A DNA stretch of 64,000 nt from Candidatus Adlerbacteria bacterium (GCA_903851045.1 CAINNF010000018.1:3925-67924), one strand, 5' to 3'; positions 30,199 to 40,237 are shown, counted from the first letter of the stretch. Program-made: numbers and translations. The notes: generated from the letters alone by a model not told the origin.

Positions 30199-31530
30199 AT
30201 GGAACAAATAGCAACAAGGCCCGGTTTGGGAGACACAAGGAGGCAACCCATAGCCCAGCCAGTACGAGTTAGATATTGCCTCTATGCAAGAAAGAGTACC
30301 GAGTCAGAAGAAAGACAGGTCCTTTCTATCGATTCGCAGATCAAGGAGATGCTCCAGTTGGCCGACCGTGAGGGGCTGGAGATAGTCGAATTGAAACGAG
30401 AGAGTCACTCGGCAAAAGAGACTGGGCAGCGACCTGTTTTTAACGAAATAGTAGATGAGCTAAAAGCTGGCAAATATAACGGCATACTCACGTGGGCACC
30501 AGATCGTATTAGCCGCAATGCTGGAGATCTTGGAAAGATAGTAGACCTGATGGATGCGGGGACACTTCAGGAAATACGTACTCATAGTCAAAGTTTTAGG
30601 AATAACCCCAACGAAAAGTTCCTTCTGATGATTCTCGGGTCGCAAGCGAAGCTCGAAAACGATAACCGAGGCGTAAATGTTAAGCGTGGGCTACGGACAC
30701 GCTGCGAAATGGGCCTTAGGCCGGGGGTTGCCCCAGTGGGATATTCAAATGAGAAACACGCCGACCGTAAATGTCACGCGGTTATCGACGAACTGCGCGC
30801 ACCCGTAATCAAGCAAATGTTTGAGAAAGTGGCGAACGAGCAATGGAGTGGCAGGAAATTGTACCAATGGCTGAAATTCGACCTCAACTTCAAAAGTAGG
30901 GCAAACAAAAACATGACGTTGAGTAGTGTCTACGTGGTACTTCAAAACCCCTTCTACTATGGCGTATTCGAGTATCCAGAAAAGAGCGGCAACTGGTACG
31001 ACGGCAAACATCAACCTCTTATCACCAAGGAGCTGTTCGATAAAGCGCAGGAGCAACTCAAACGAGACCGCATCCTGCGCTCCGATATTAAGGAGTTTGC
31101 CTTTATTAAGCTCATGTTATGTGGGGCTTGCGGCTCGGGCATTACAGCGGAGGAGAAGTTTAAGAAACTAAAGGACGGCACCTCAAACCGCTACGTGTAC
31201 TACGGCTGCACCCGTGCGAGGGACAAGGACTGCAAGAACGGTTACGTACGGGAGGAAGAGTTGATTACTCAGACGGTCAAAATTATGGACCACATCGACC
31301 TCAACAACATCAGCATGCGGGAAAAATTCGAGGCAGAGGTAGACCGTATGCGAAAGTTTCAACGCGCATTCACTGCCACGACAACGGATGCAAAACCGCA
31401 AAAAGAAATCGACCTGCGCGGCTACGCTAAGTATTTACTCAAGGAAGGGAGTGTGACGGAGAAGCGCGAGTTGCTGCTCTGTATTAAGAGCAAGTTGGTA
31501 CTCGACAAGGGAACTCTGAGATTGGAGTAG
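30199..31530 (+). CDS. large serine recombinase (resolvase/invertase N-domain + recombinase + zinc-ribbon)
   Basis: VRYCLYARKSTESEERQVLSIDSQ (catalytic Ser region), ...WAPDRISRN; C-terminal CGACGS...YYGCTRAR zinc ribbon. Confidence 0.85.
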   Translation: MEQIATRPGLGDTRRQPIAQPVRVRYCLYARKSTESEERQVLSIDSQIKEMLQLADREGLEIVELKRESHSAKETGQRPVFNEIVDELKAGKYNGILTWAPDRISRNAGDLGKIVDLMDAGTLQEIRTHSQSFRNNPNEKFLLMILGSQAKLENDNRGVNVKRGLRTRCEMGLRPGVAPVGYSNEKHADRKCHAVIDELRAPVIKQMFEKVANEQWSGRKLYQWLKFDLNFKSRANKNMTLSSVYVVLQNPFYYGVFEYPEKSGNWYDGKHQPLITKELFDKAQEQLKRDRILRSDIKEFAFIKLMLCGACGSGITAEEKFKKLKDGTSNRYVYYGCTRARDKDCKNGYVREEELITQTVKIMDHIDLNNISMREKFEAEVDRMRKFQRAFTATTTDAKPQKEIDLRGYAKYLLKEGSVTEKRELLLCIKSKLVLDKGTLRLE

Positions 31531-31534
31531 CGAT

Positions 31535-32776
31535 CTACTTTCCCTTAAGTCGATCCTTATACTTCTTCCTCTGTAACCCAAGGTGGTACTTATGAAAATC
31601 ATCACTATCGCACTCGTTCTCAATTGTCAGAGCTTGCATACACCGGCCTCGACGATATGGACCGAATAGTTTTGCAAATTCTCCCTGAAACCACTGGAGT
31701 GTGTCGTGCTCGCTACCCGCATTCGTTTCTTTGCTGAAATCAGGATCCCCCGGCAATCTTCCGTATTCGTCCATAGCCCCGCCAGTCCCGTCATTATTGC
31801 CCCACATTATCTCGCCGCCCCAATGAATCGCACGAGGGTCAGGCATGAGCAGGTATCCATGCCCGTAGATATTCCAGTCTGATTTAGAGACATGGCGCTC
31901 AGGATACAACCATTCTTCCCTTGCTGCAGCTAAGTAACGGGTCGCACGACTCTTTATGATGAAATTTATTTCACGAACCTCCTGCTCGGTAAGGTGGCGC
32001 AGAACTTGGACATCGGTGAACTTAAATATTGCATTGCGAAAAGGAAACGAATTGGGGCGCTCTTGCTTCGCAGATTGATATGGATTCCTTACCCATGAAA
32101 GGTTTGTGAGTATCAGTACTTTATCGATCGAGAGTGGAAAAATGGTGTGTGTCCCCTGGAGCCATATCTCGGGATCGTTTGAGTCGCGACACTGATGTGA
32201 TCGGGGTCCGCATTCTCGATTATATACAGTAACGGGGTGATCAGAGACAATAAACTTCGTCTCCGACTGAGAAGCGTCCGCAATGAGCCAGACACATTCC
32301 GTCCAAATGGCGGAATGAATATTACGCAATCGAATCATGGCGCGTAGAATCGCGTCCTTATCCTTGCTTCCGATTTTCTCACTTAAAAACGAGAGGCCTT
32401 TGGGAGTCCTGAGTTTCTGGGTACTCATATAGCGCAAGATGTCCTCAAGGGAAGTTCCCCAATCCTTTAGTGGGTAGCCAAATTTTTCAAAGTACTCGAC
32501 AGCGGGGCGACCTTTCGTGTCTATCTCGCCGAAAAAGTGTTTCTCAATGTCTTTCACTTCAATGCCTCGTATTTTTGTCGTATATAAATCTTCTTCGACG
32601 AAACACTTTTTGCTGCCTTGCCGTTTTACTGCCTTCCTAATATGACGTACACCGCGCGGATCAGTGAAAGTTTCTGGATTCAAATCCAACTGAAACAGTT
32701 CATGTTCGCCAGGTAGCATGAACTTCTTTTGGTACCACTGCGGTACGTAGTGGTGATTTCGGTATTCATCAGGCAT
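31535..32776 (-). CDS. DUF4238-family protein
   Basis: N-terminal HHYVPQWYQKKF matches the DUF4238 signature HY(I/V)PQFYL..F as I recall it. Confidence 0.45.
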   Translation of the reverse strand: MPDEYRNHHYVPQWYQKKFMLPGEHELFQLDLNPETFTDPRGVRHIRKAVKRQGSKKCFVEEDLYTTKIRGIEVKDIEKHFFGEIDTKGRPAVEYFEKFGYPLKDWGTSLEDILRYMSTQKLRTPKGLSFLSEKIGSKDKDAILRAMIRLRNIHSAIWTECVWLIADASQSETKFIVSDHPVTVYNRECGPRSHQCRDSNDPEIWLQGTHTIFPLSIDKVLILTNLSWVRNPYQSAKQERPNSFPFRNAIFKFTDVQVLRHLTEQEVREINFIIKSRATRYLAAAREEWLYPERHVSKSDWNIYGHGYLLMPDPRAIHWGGEIMWGNNDGTGGAMDEYGRLPGDPDFSKETNAGSEHDTLQWFQGEFAKLFGPYRRGRCMQALTIENECDSDDFHKYHLGLQRKKYKDRLKGK

Positions 32777-32907
32777 TCCTAAACATTACTCCTGCCAGCA
32801 AAAAAGTTCGAATCCGCTTAGGGTTCGAACTTTTTTGTCTTTACTCATTTTTTATAGCCCCTTGTTTTATAGGGCACGCGGTCGCGAGACACGCATGCCC
32901 GTTCCTG

Positions 32908-32992
32908 CGGAGGCGGAGAGATTCGAACTCTCGAACCCTTGCGGATTGCCGCCTTTCCAAGGCGGTGCACTCGACCACTATGCGACGCCTCC
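32908..32992 (-). tRNA. tRNA-Ser (GGA), type II
   Basis: Reverse complement GGAGGCG..., anticodon stem CCGCC/GGCGG, loop TTGGAAA, long variable arm, T-arm GAGAG-TTCGAAT-CTCTC, acceptor CGCCTCC. Confidence 0.8.
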
Positions 32993-33118
32993 GTTATGTC
33001 GAACCAGCACGAGCGCACTTACCTATACTGCGCTAAAAATCGTTTTTTCTCAAGTCAAAAGGAGATAAGTCGTTTCGACTTACGTTGCATATACGCGCAA
33101 AGCGCACAGTCAGTCTGC

Positions 33119-33424
33119 CTACGCGGTAGGAGTAATAAGCTCCTTCTTGAGCTTCGCGGTCTCTTCGACCAACATCTGGTCGAACCCGGTCATATGCGAA
33201 CTGAGGTATTCGAGCACGGTCGCCACATCTGCCTGGTCACCCTTTTCGGCAAGAAAAGTGTCGAGTGCGGTCTGCTCCTCCTCCGACATCTCGTCTGCCG
33301 CTCGCAGGACAAGGCTCTGGTAGAGCGCCTGACCGATCTTGTCGATGAACTCGTCTTGCTCCTCGGGCGAGAACTGCCCCAACCCCCACTGCTCTATCAT
33401 CTGCTGTCTGTTGTCCTGTTCCAT
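33119..33424 (-). CDS. small acidic hypothetical protein
   Basis: ORF only; Glu/Asp-rich. Confidence 0.35.
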   Translation of the reverse strand: MEQDNRQQMIEQWGLGQFSPEEQDEFIDKIGQALYQSLVLRAADEMSEEEQTALDTFLAEKGDQADVATVLEYLSSHMTGFDQMLVEETAKLKKELITPTA

Positions 33425-33475
33425 AATTATGTTCGTCTATGTTCGCTCTATTAATTTGATGAGACTTCTTACTTC

Positions 33476-35545
33476 CTACTTCGTAGGGGGGACATGCAAT
33501 GCATACGCTCGGTTAAAGAGATCGTCGACCGCACTACTTCGCGTACCAAGGAGCGGATTAAGATTTATCTTGTCTCCTGGATGCACCATGTCGACGAACG
33601 CCATCCCGTGACCGTGCGTATCGAGATGTTGACCCATCATTATCTGTTTGACCATTTCAGGATCCGCTTTCGCGAGCTTCTCCAAAGCGTCAAGTGCATA
33701 ATTTTGTTGCTCGTGCGTGAGCGTAGCGAACACCTTAAAGTATGGCGAGTGTGGGTCACTGAGTCCTGCGCGCATGAGCGTCCAGTCATTGTTACCCGCA
33801 ACGACTTCGAGCGGAGGGATACCACCTGGAGGAATATGGTCGAGCGGATTCCCCGGGTCAACTGTAAGTGTGGAATCGTCCACATGCACATTCGGTTCAC
33901 CCCAATGAGACGGTGTCGCCGCTCCTGTCCCACTCGGATTGGCTGGCGACCCCGGCTCGGCAAATCTCGCGAAAGGATCTTTGCCACCACCACGCAGATA
34001 GGCCTCATCGTCGATATGTCTTGCAAGATCTCTTTCGGCCATAGCAGCCGAAGGTTGTTGGTCGTTCATGTGCAAGCGAGTACTTTCATCACCCAACACA
34101 ACGGTGTCTGAGGGTGTTGTGGGTGCCGGATGAGTCTCGGTGCTCCAACCTCCAGCGTCAGTCGGAGGATCGGTCACAATGACCACAGGCTCCTTTGCTG
34201 GGCCAAGATCCTCCGCAAGAGGTGGTGGCTTCCCTGAAGGGTCGGTGCTCCACCCTCCAGCATCAGTCACTTCCTTCTCTGCACCACCGATATTGTGCGG
34301 GTCGGTATGGTATCCACCTTCAGGTGCGGGGAGTGGTGATGGCTTACCCGAGTCTGGACCCGGAGCAGGGTGCGATGCCGTGTAAGCATCATGATCGGTC
34401 ACTCCGGGAGGAAAGGCTGCATGCGCCTCGTTCAAGGTTGCTGCAGAAGCCGTGCTGGAGCCGAACGGATTGAGTTTAGACAGATCAATGTTCGTCGGAT
34501 TAAGCTTGTTGAGGTCCATTTGGTGCAAAAGCGCGTCTCCACCACCGAAGCTGAGCCACGCGCCAGTACCGGCACCCGCTGCCGCTGCTGCTCCCACCTG
34601 CATCCAACGTGCATGTTTGTCACGCTTGACCTTGTCTTGAATATGCGTATCCAGCTCTTTGAGCTTAGCTGCAAGTGACTTGGGGTCGAGACTGAGGCTT
34701 GCTGTGGTTTGTGCCACACCTTGCTCATATTTTGCCGCACTGCGCCCGAACAACAACTTGCCCACCGCACCACCAACTGTGGCACCAGCGATACCACCTA
34801 ACAGACGACGCGAAAGAAACGCAAGCCCAAGACCAACCGATGCCGCTCCGCCACTTACTGCCAATGCACCTGCTGTGCCGACCACCGCCATTAAAATAAG
34901 GCGCTGCTTTGGAGGAATTTTCCCGATTGTGTTACTTATGGCTGTAAATATGCGCGACGGCTTCTCACCCTTCGCCCTTGAAATCTCCGTGAGCCGGTTC
35001 GTATGCTCTTGGAGCGCGAAATTTATACCGGCCTTTGCTTTTTCCATGTTCGACCCCTCCGTGTTCAAAGAAATCGCCCTTGTTGCGTCCGCTCGGGCTT
35101 TCTCATATTTAAGACGCGAATCACGCAAGCCAATCTCAAAAGGAGTGAGGGAACTCAGCCGTTGGTCCCCATCTGGAATATCCTCGAGTTTCGGCCAGTC
35201 TTTATGCTTCTTTTTGTACTCTTTTTCGACTTTAGCAGATGCATAAACCGCCTCCTCTGCCGCAAGGCTCGCGCGCGCCTTAGCCATTGCGTCTCGTGCG
35301 TCTTGAATTTTTTCGTCCGGAGTTTTTGGAACCTTTGGGGCTGTTGGAGCAGTTGGAGCAGGACGTGAAACCGAGCTGGGTGCAACTGGAGTAGCGGGTC
35401 CTCCGGCTCCCACAGGAGGAACAACTCCAGGCTGAGCATACTGAAAAGTAGTAGAATAATTTCCAACAGAACCAGGAGCAGACTGAGCTGCGGGCGGTTT
35501 GGGTGTATTGCCTTTTCTTGGACCTGCTCCTGGTGCTGCTGCCAT
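33476..35545 (-). CDS. large Pro/Ala-rich membrane-associated hypothetical protein (689 aa)
   Basis: Low-complexity P/A/G N-terminus, central hydrophobic segments, structured C-terminal domain; no motif recognised. Confidence 0.5.
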   Translation of the reverse strand: MAAAPGAGPRKGNTPKPPAAQSAPGSVGNYSTTFQYAQPGVVPPVGAGGPATPVAPSSVSRPAPTAPTAPKVPKTPDEKIQDARDAMAKARASLAAEEAVYASAKVEKEYKKKHKDWPKLEDIPDGDQRLSSLTPFEIGLRDSRLKYEKARADATRAISLNTEGSNMEKAKAGINFALQEHTNRLTEISRAKGEKPSRIFTAISNTIGKIPPKQRLILMAVVGTAGALAVSGGAASVGLGLAFLSRRLLGGIAGATVGGAVGKLLFGRSAAKYEQGVAQTTASLSLDPKSLAAKLKELDTHIQDKVKRDKHARWMQVGAAAAAGAGTGAWLSFGGGDALLHQMDLNKLNPTNIDLSKLNPFGSSTASAATLNEAHAAFPPGVTDHDAYTASHPAPGPDSGKPSPLPAPEGGYHTDPHNIGGAEKEVTDAGGWSTDPSGKPPPLAEDLGPAKEPVVIVTDPPTDAGGWSTETHPAPTTPSDTVVLGDESTRLHMNDQQPSAAMAERDLARHIDDEAYLRGGGKDPFARFAEPGSPANPSGTGAATPSHWGEPNVHVDDSTLTVDPGNPLDHIPPGGIPPLEVVAGNNDWTLMRAGLSDPHSPYFKVFATLTHEQQNYALDALEKLAKADPEMVKQIMMGQHLDTHGHGMAFVDMVHPGDKINLNPLLGTRSSAVDDLFNRAYALHVPPTK

Positions 35546-35671
35546 AAAAAATTATATAAAATTAGAAGTGTTGCTGATAAGTATGTGCATATGTACACGT
35601 ATAGGATAGGTTAGTTACTAGTCGGGGTCAATGTTATTTTTGGCTGGCGTTGGGGACGAGTTCGGGTGCAA

Positions 35672-35700
35672 GAAAAAAGGCGGCATCCGAAGAAGCCGCC
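35672..35700 (-). terminator. intrinsic terminator (minus strand): GGCGGCTTCTTCGGATGCCGCC + T6
   Basis: Perfect GC hairpin followed by TTTTTT on the minus strand; closes a ~760-nt ORF-free transcript downstream of htpX. Confidence 0.55.
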
Positions 35701-36438
35701 TGCGCACGCCAACTCAACGCTGGCTACCTGTATCTACAAACCTTCAGACAACGGACGACTCTTCGTCGTCGTGGTCTGCCACGCACCGTCCTTCCATTCC
35801 CGCAAGGGCATTCCCCTTTCGAGGAACGTCAGCAGAGCTTCCCACCGCGCAACCATTGCGGTGTAACAACCAACACAAAGACGTTTCATCTTAAGACACT
35901 CTCCTTTCCCACGATAGCAAAAACAAACACACTTACTTCCAGACGCCAAACGCCGCTGTGTGCGGATAGCCTCTGGGAGGTTCGAACCGTGGGGGTTTCG
36001 CTTGACCCGCCTCATGTCTGCGAACACACGGTTCGTGAACATAGCGGATCTGTTGGACTCCCACTCGCCCTGTAAACTGGTCAGACGAGTATATCGCTTG
36101 GATAGTACCGCGTCCTCCGCCGGGCCTCACCTCGAAGTATCGTTCCATCTTCGGACCTTTTACTCGATATTTGGGCCTCGCATCGCTACCTAGACGGCTC
36201 CCGATTCTTCTTGGCCTGTCCGCTCTTGCTTGCGTGCCGCACGCTGGTTTTCCACGATCTGACGCGCGATCGCACGCACCTTGCGCGTGGACCGCAACAC
36301 AGCGGCACGGCCCCAGTGATGCCAACCACGATGACGAAATTTGTTTCCTGGATTCGGCAAGACAAGTCTCCCTGAACGATGCATCAACACTTGCTGTGCT
36401 GACGATTTTTTATACTCCCGCGCGGCGATAGCGTCAAC

Positions 36439-37332
36439 CTACTTATCCCCCATGAGCGCGCGGACCCGATCTTCGATCGGCGGGTGGGTCGAAAAAAGCT
36501 TGGTGATAAGGCTTTGTGCAGCCCCCGCTCCGAACGGATTGGAGATATAGAGGTGAGCGGTCGCGTTGTTCGCTCGTTGCATCGGGAGCTCGTAGGCACC
36601 GATCTTCTGGAGTGCCGAGGCGAGTCCGTCTGGATAGCGTGTGAGCAAGGCACCCGAGGCGTCCGCCAAGAACTCGCGCTTGCGCGAGATGGCGAGCTGG
36701 AGCAGTGTCGCGATGATAGGAGAGAGTACCACGAGCGCGATCGCGAGCGCCATGAGCAGCGGGTTCTGGCGCTCTTCCCTGTCGCGGTCACCACCAAAGA
36801 AGGCTGCGCGCAAAAAGTAGTCGGACAAGAGCGTCACGAACCCGACAAGTACCACCGCGATGGTGGAGACGATCATGTCGCGGTTGCCGATGTGGGAGAG
36901 TTCATGCGCCAAGACCCCTTCGAGTTCGGTGCGGTTCATGATACTGAGGAGCCCGGTCGTCACTGCCACCGATGCATGCGTCGCACTTCGCCCCGTCGCG
37001 AACGCATTGGGAGCTGGGTCATCGATCACGTACACCTTGGGCTTGGGGAGTCCCGCCGTAATCGCAAGATTCTCGACGATACGATGCAACTCGACATACT
37101 CCGGCCCGTCGGCGGGTTGTGCGCCCGCGGTCGCTATGACTATCGTGTCGGAGAACCAAAAACTAAAGATGTTCATCACGACCGCAACGATGACCGCAAC
37201 GAACAAGATACTCGGGTTATTGTAGTAAAAGGATACCGCCCACCCGACGGCGATAACGGTACAGAAAAAGACGAACATAAGCGCCCAGGTCTTGGAGACA
37301 TTTTCGGTCTGATGGGTGTAGAGAGTGGCCAT
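36439..37332 (-). CDS. htpX: zinc metalloprotease HtpX
   Basis: HELSHIGNRD (HExxH) plus four TM helices, 297 aa. Confidence 0.85.
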   Translation of the reverse strand: MATLYTHQTENVSKTWALMFVFFCTVIAVGWAVSFYYNNPSILFVAVIVAVVMNIFSFWFSDTIVIATAGAQPADGPEYVELHRIVENLAITAGLPKPKVYVIDDPAPNAFATGRSATHASVAVTTGLLSIMNRTELEGVLAHELSHIGNRDMIVSTIAVVLVGFVTLLSDYFLRAAFFGGDRDREERQNPLLMALAIALVVLSPIIATLLQLAISRKREFLADASGALLTRYPDGLASALQKIGAYELPMQRANNATAHLYISNPFGAGAAQSLITKLFSTHPPIEDRVRALMGDK

Positions 37333-37351
37333 AGAGGTGTACTATACCAAA

Positions 37352-39085
37352 CTACCAGCTCCCGCCGCCACCGCCGCCAAAACCGCCGCCGGAGAATCCT
37401 CCCCCGCCCGAGCCCGAACCGCCGCCGGGAGCCGACGCAAGCGTCGATGTGGCTCCCGTCGAGAACGAACGAAGGTCGGTAGTGAAGAACACAGGGTTAA
37501 AGGTGCCCCCGCGCGAGTCTGCATACCAAGCGGGCGGTTGATTGTATATGCCTTCGAACTGTTTCGCCCATGCATTCTCGACACCGAGCGCCATCGCGAA
37601 CGGCAACAACTTCTCGAACAGCGCGGGACTCTTCTCGGGCGCATCATGAAAGTTGATACGGTCCTTCTCGGCGACGTTCATGTACCACTTCAGCCCTTCG
37701 ATCCGCTCACGGACGATTGCACCCTCCTTGGTCACCCGTGGCATAAGATATCCGAACAACACCACGATGAGTCCAGAGATGGTGCCACTGATCACCACCA
37801 AACTTCCGAGAGACGAACCAACGAACGAGCAGATTGCCATGATACCGATACCGACAGCGGTGTACGTACCACGCACGCCTTCAGGACTCTGTGTGAAATA
37901 CTTCTTTGCAACGACCGATACCATGGTCGCGTTTTTGATGATCGGCAACTCCTTGTAGAAGTGGTCCCGCAGATCCGACAGTTTGACGGAACTTCCGGTC
38001 GCGAACAGTCCGTTCAGCAACAAGCGGTCGAACTCGGGGATGTCCGCACCTTCCTGCAACTTGTCGAGCTGATAGTCGGTATGGTTAAAAAAGAGTATCT
38101 TTTCGTTCAATCGCGTAATCTTGAGGTAGCCTTTGGTCGCCAGATAGATGATCTCGGAGGATACCGCCGTGTTACTAAAACGTTCGTTGAGGACCACGGA
38201 CTGCTCGAGCGGCGTCAGATCGTCCGGCGAGTCATACTCCGGCACCACGGTGCCGCGTCCACGCGGGTCGCGACCTTTATAGAACCACAGCAGGAGCATG
38301 CCGACGAACACTACGACCGGGAGTCCCAGTACGATATTGTCTCTGATGGTCTGGAGAAGACTCTCCCACGACGACGGCTGGCTCACCAACCCCTTGGGGA
38401 AGCCGAGTGCGACCGTGAGTTGTTGGCTCGGAGCGAGCGCATCGGTCGCTTCGAACTTCACCGACCCGCTAGAGCCGTTCACTATAAGCATCGCCGCGGT
38501 ACACTTCTGGGTGCTCCCCTGTGCCCCCTCGTAACACGATACGCGCAGATCATCCTTTGGAAACGATGTTGGTATATTGATGACCGCGCTTGCTTCGTCT
38601 ATGGGGATGCTCCAACCGGAGCCGGTCACGTTCCAATAGAACTCGTCGTAGGAGCCGAAGTATCCTATCGCCCGTGAGACGCGATACGAGATGACGTACG
38701 TCTTGGTGCCGGTCACCAAAGCGTTCGGATCACCGATCTTGATGCGTAGGTTCGGGCCAAAGCGTTCGGTCGTAAATGGATACACGGCGCCCGTCTCGTC
38801 GGTCACACGAACCGCATCGATACCTATAGACGTCTTGCCTGCACTGGTCGTGTAGCTCACCGGTATGTCACGGTAGATACCATGGTGCTGTGCGCTGCCG
38901 AAATCGTATCGCAAGGTCTCTACCACGTTGACAGTGGCGTCGGTCTGCACCTGCGCGACCATGTCGAAGCGATCGATCTGCTCGACACCCGACTGCGCGT
39001 GGGCGGGCACACCGAACACGAGCATCCCGACGACCGCGACCGAGAGAAGGAAGGCTCGTTTCATGATATGCGGGTATGAGGACAA
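37352..39085 (-). CDS. DUF2207-domain membrane protein with Gly-rich C-terminal tail
   Basis: Signal peptide, large extracytoplasmic domain, TM helices, C-terminal GGGSGSGGGGFSGGGFGGGGGGSW; conserved pairing with LemA. Confidence 0.65.
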   Translation of the reverse strand: MSSYPHIMKRAFLLSVAVVGMLVFGVPAHAQSGVEQIDRFDMVAQVQTDATVNVVETLRYDFGSAQHHGIYRDIPVSYTTSAGKTSIGIDAVRVTDETGAVYPFTTERFGPNLRIKIGDPNALVTGTKTYVISYRVSRAIGYFGSYDEFYWNVTGSGWSIPIDEASAVINIPTSFPKDDLRVSCYEGAQGSTQKCTAAMLIVNGSSGSVKFEATDALAPSQQLTVALGFPKGLVSQPSSWESLLQTIRDNIVLGLPVVVFVGMLLLWFYKGRDPRGRGTVVPEYDSPDDLTPLEQSVVLNERFSNTAVSSEIIYLATKGYLKITRLNEKILFFNHTDYQLDKLQEGADIPEFDRLLLNGLFATGSSVKLSDLRDHFYKELPIIKNATMVSVVAKKYFTQSPEGVRGTYTAVGIGIMAICSFVGSSLGSLVVISGTISGLIVVLFGYLMPRVTKEGAIVRERIEGLKWYMNVAEKDRINFHDAPEKSPALFEKLLPFAMALGVENAWAKQFEGIYNQPPAWYADSRGGTFNPVFFTTDLRSFSTGATSTLASAPGGGSGSGGGGFSGGGFGGGGGGSW

Positions 39086-39712
39086 TTAAAACTTCACCGC
39101 GACCGGCTCACGAGCAGCCGCATCAGCATCGCCAAGTTCGAAGTACTTCTGTGCCTCAAAATGGAACGTGCTGGCGATAATATTACCCGGGAAAACTTGC
39201 ATCGCTGTCGTCAAATCACGGACGTTACCGTTGTAGAATCGGCGCGCGGCTTGAATCTTGTTCTCGGTATCTGACAACTCACCCTGGAGCGACAGGAAGT
39301 TCTGATTGGCCTTCAGTTCTGGATATGCTTCAGCAACCGCAAAAAGCGACTTCAGTGTACCCGAAAGCGCGTTCTCGGCTTGACCTTTCGCCTCTGGCCC
39401 TTGTGCGCTCATAGCTGCTGAGCGTGCCGCTGCGATGTTTTCGAACGTGGTCTTTTCGTGGGCGGCATACCCCTTCACCGTCTCGACCAAGTTCGGGATG
39501 AGGTCGTAGCGACGCTTGAGCTGCACATCGATATCGGCCCACGCCTCCTTTGTACGCTGCACCAAGGTCACAAAATGGTTGTACGCGAACACGACCCATA
39601 CAATGAGTAATACAAGCACTCCGAGCACTATATAAAGAATGGTCATACCAACAGTATACAACACCACTGCGGTCGTGGTAGTACTTGACGTGTATATTAT
39701 ATTAATGTACAT
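39086..39712 (-). CDS. LemA-family protein
   Basis: N-terminal TM then LemA core (...YNHFVTLVQRTKEAWADIDVQLKRRYDLIPNLVETVKGYAAHE...). Confidence 0.8.
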   Translation of the reverse strand: MYINIIYTSSTTTTAVVLYTVGMTILYIVLGVLVLLIVWVVFAYNHFVTLVQRTKEAWADIDVQLKRRYDLIPNLVETVKGYAAHEKTTFENIAAARSAAMSAQGPEAKGQAENALSGTLKSLFAVAEAYPELKANQNFLSLQGELSDTENKIQAARRFYNGNVRDLTTAMQVFPGNIIASTFHFEAQKYFELGDADAAAREPVAVKF

Positions 39713-39988
39713 TTTAAACAGGTGTTCACTGCAAAAAGGAAAAAAGAGTCTTGGGGTACGATCGTGGCCGATTTAAGGCCGAAACGAGGCGGGACTGGAG
39801 GAAGCAAAAAGGGAAACTCCGACAAGCCGCCCAAGCCCCGCTTCGAAGAGCCTCGGGCACATACTCAAGTGTGAAGGGTGGCAAGGTGTGGCTGGTGGGG
39901 ATCCTCGGTCTCTATCAACTCACGTTCGGTACCCTGTTCAGGGTGCTACGCTTGATTGTCAAACGGTAAGATAAGAGAGGAGTCGCAC

Positions 39989-40237
39989 ATGCTGAGGGCT
40001 TGGATCTGGTGGTTTGCGGGTACGCCACCGAAGTTCTTCACCCGAACGGTCGCCCCAATCGCCGCTCTGGCGGCGACTAGCTATTTTCAGCCAGTTCTGA
40101 CCGAGCGAGTGGTCTACGAGATCGAGGTCGCATTGAATCGGTTTCAGCCAGTCTTTATGGCGTTAGTCTTTGATTGCGTGGTTATACTGGTAATTCTTTT
40201 TTGTTTCACGCGCTTATTGAAGGCAATGTTCAAGTAA
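39989..40237 (+). CDS. small membrane protein
   Basis: Start at MLRAWIWWF; two hydrophobic segments. Confidence 0.3.
   Translation: MLRAWIWWFAGTPPKFFTRTVAPIAALAATSYFQPVLTERVVYEIEVALNRFQPVFMALVFDCVVILVILFCFTRLLKAMFK

Larger units (their letters stand above)
19600..32900. mobile_element. putative integrated mobile element / genomic island abutting tRNA-Ser(GGA)
   Basis: Lower and mixed GC; ParB-MTase fusion, HTH protein, large serine recombinase and DUF4238 next to a tRNA; cargo of surface proteins and ECF sigma pair. Boundaries not defined. Confidence 0.35.

Noticed and set aside
35933-36390. Minus/plus ORFs 35933..36325, 36190..36390, 35650..36075 etc.
   Set aside because: GC-frame artefacts inside the structured non-coding region downstream of htpX.
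35660-36438. Assignment as RNase P RNA / tmRNA / SRP RNA
   Set aside because: Only loose matches to P4-like and domain-IV-like strings. No tRNA-like 3' end, no tag-peptide ORF ending ...AA-stop, no GGUAAGAGCGCACC. Left as unassigned candidate ncRNA.
36484-38677. Plus-strand ORFs 36484..37482 and 37325..38677
   Set aside because: Antisense to htpX and the DUF2207 gene; Arg/Asp/His-rich junk translations.
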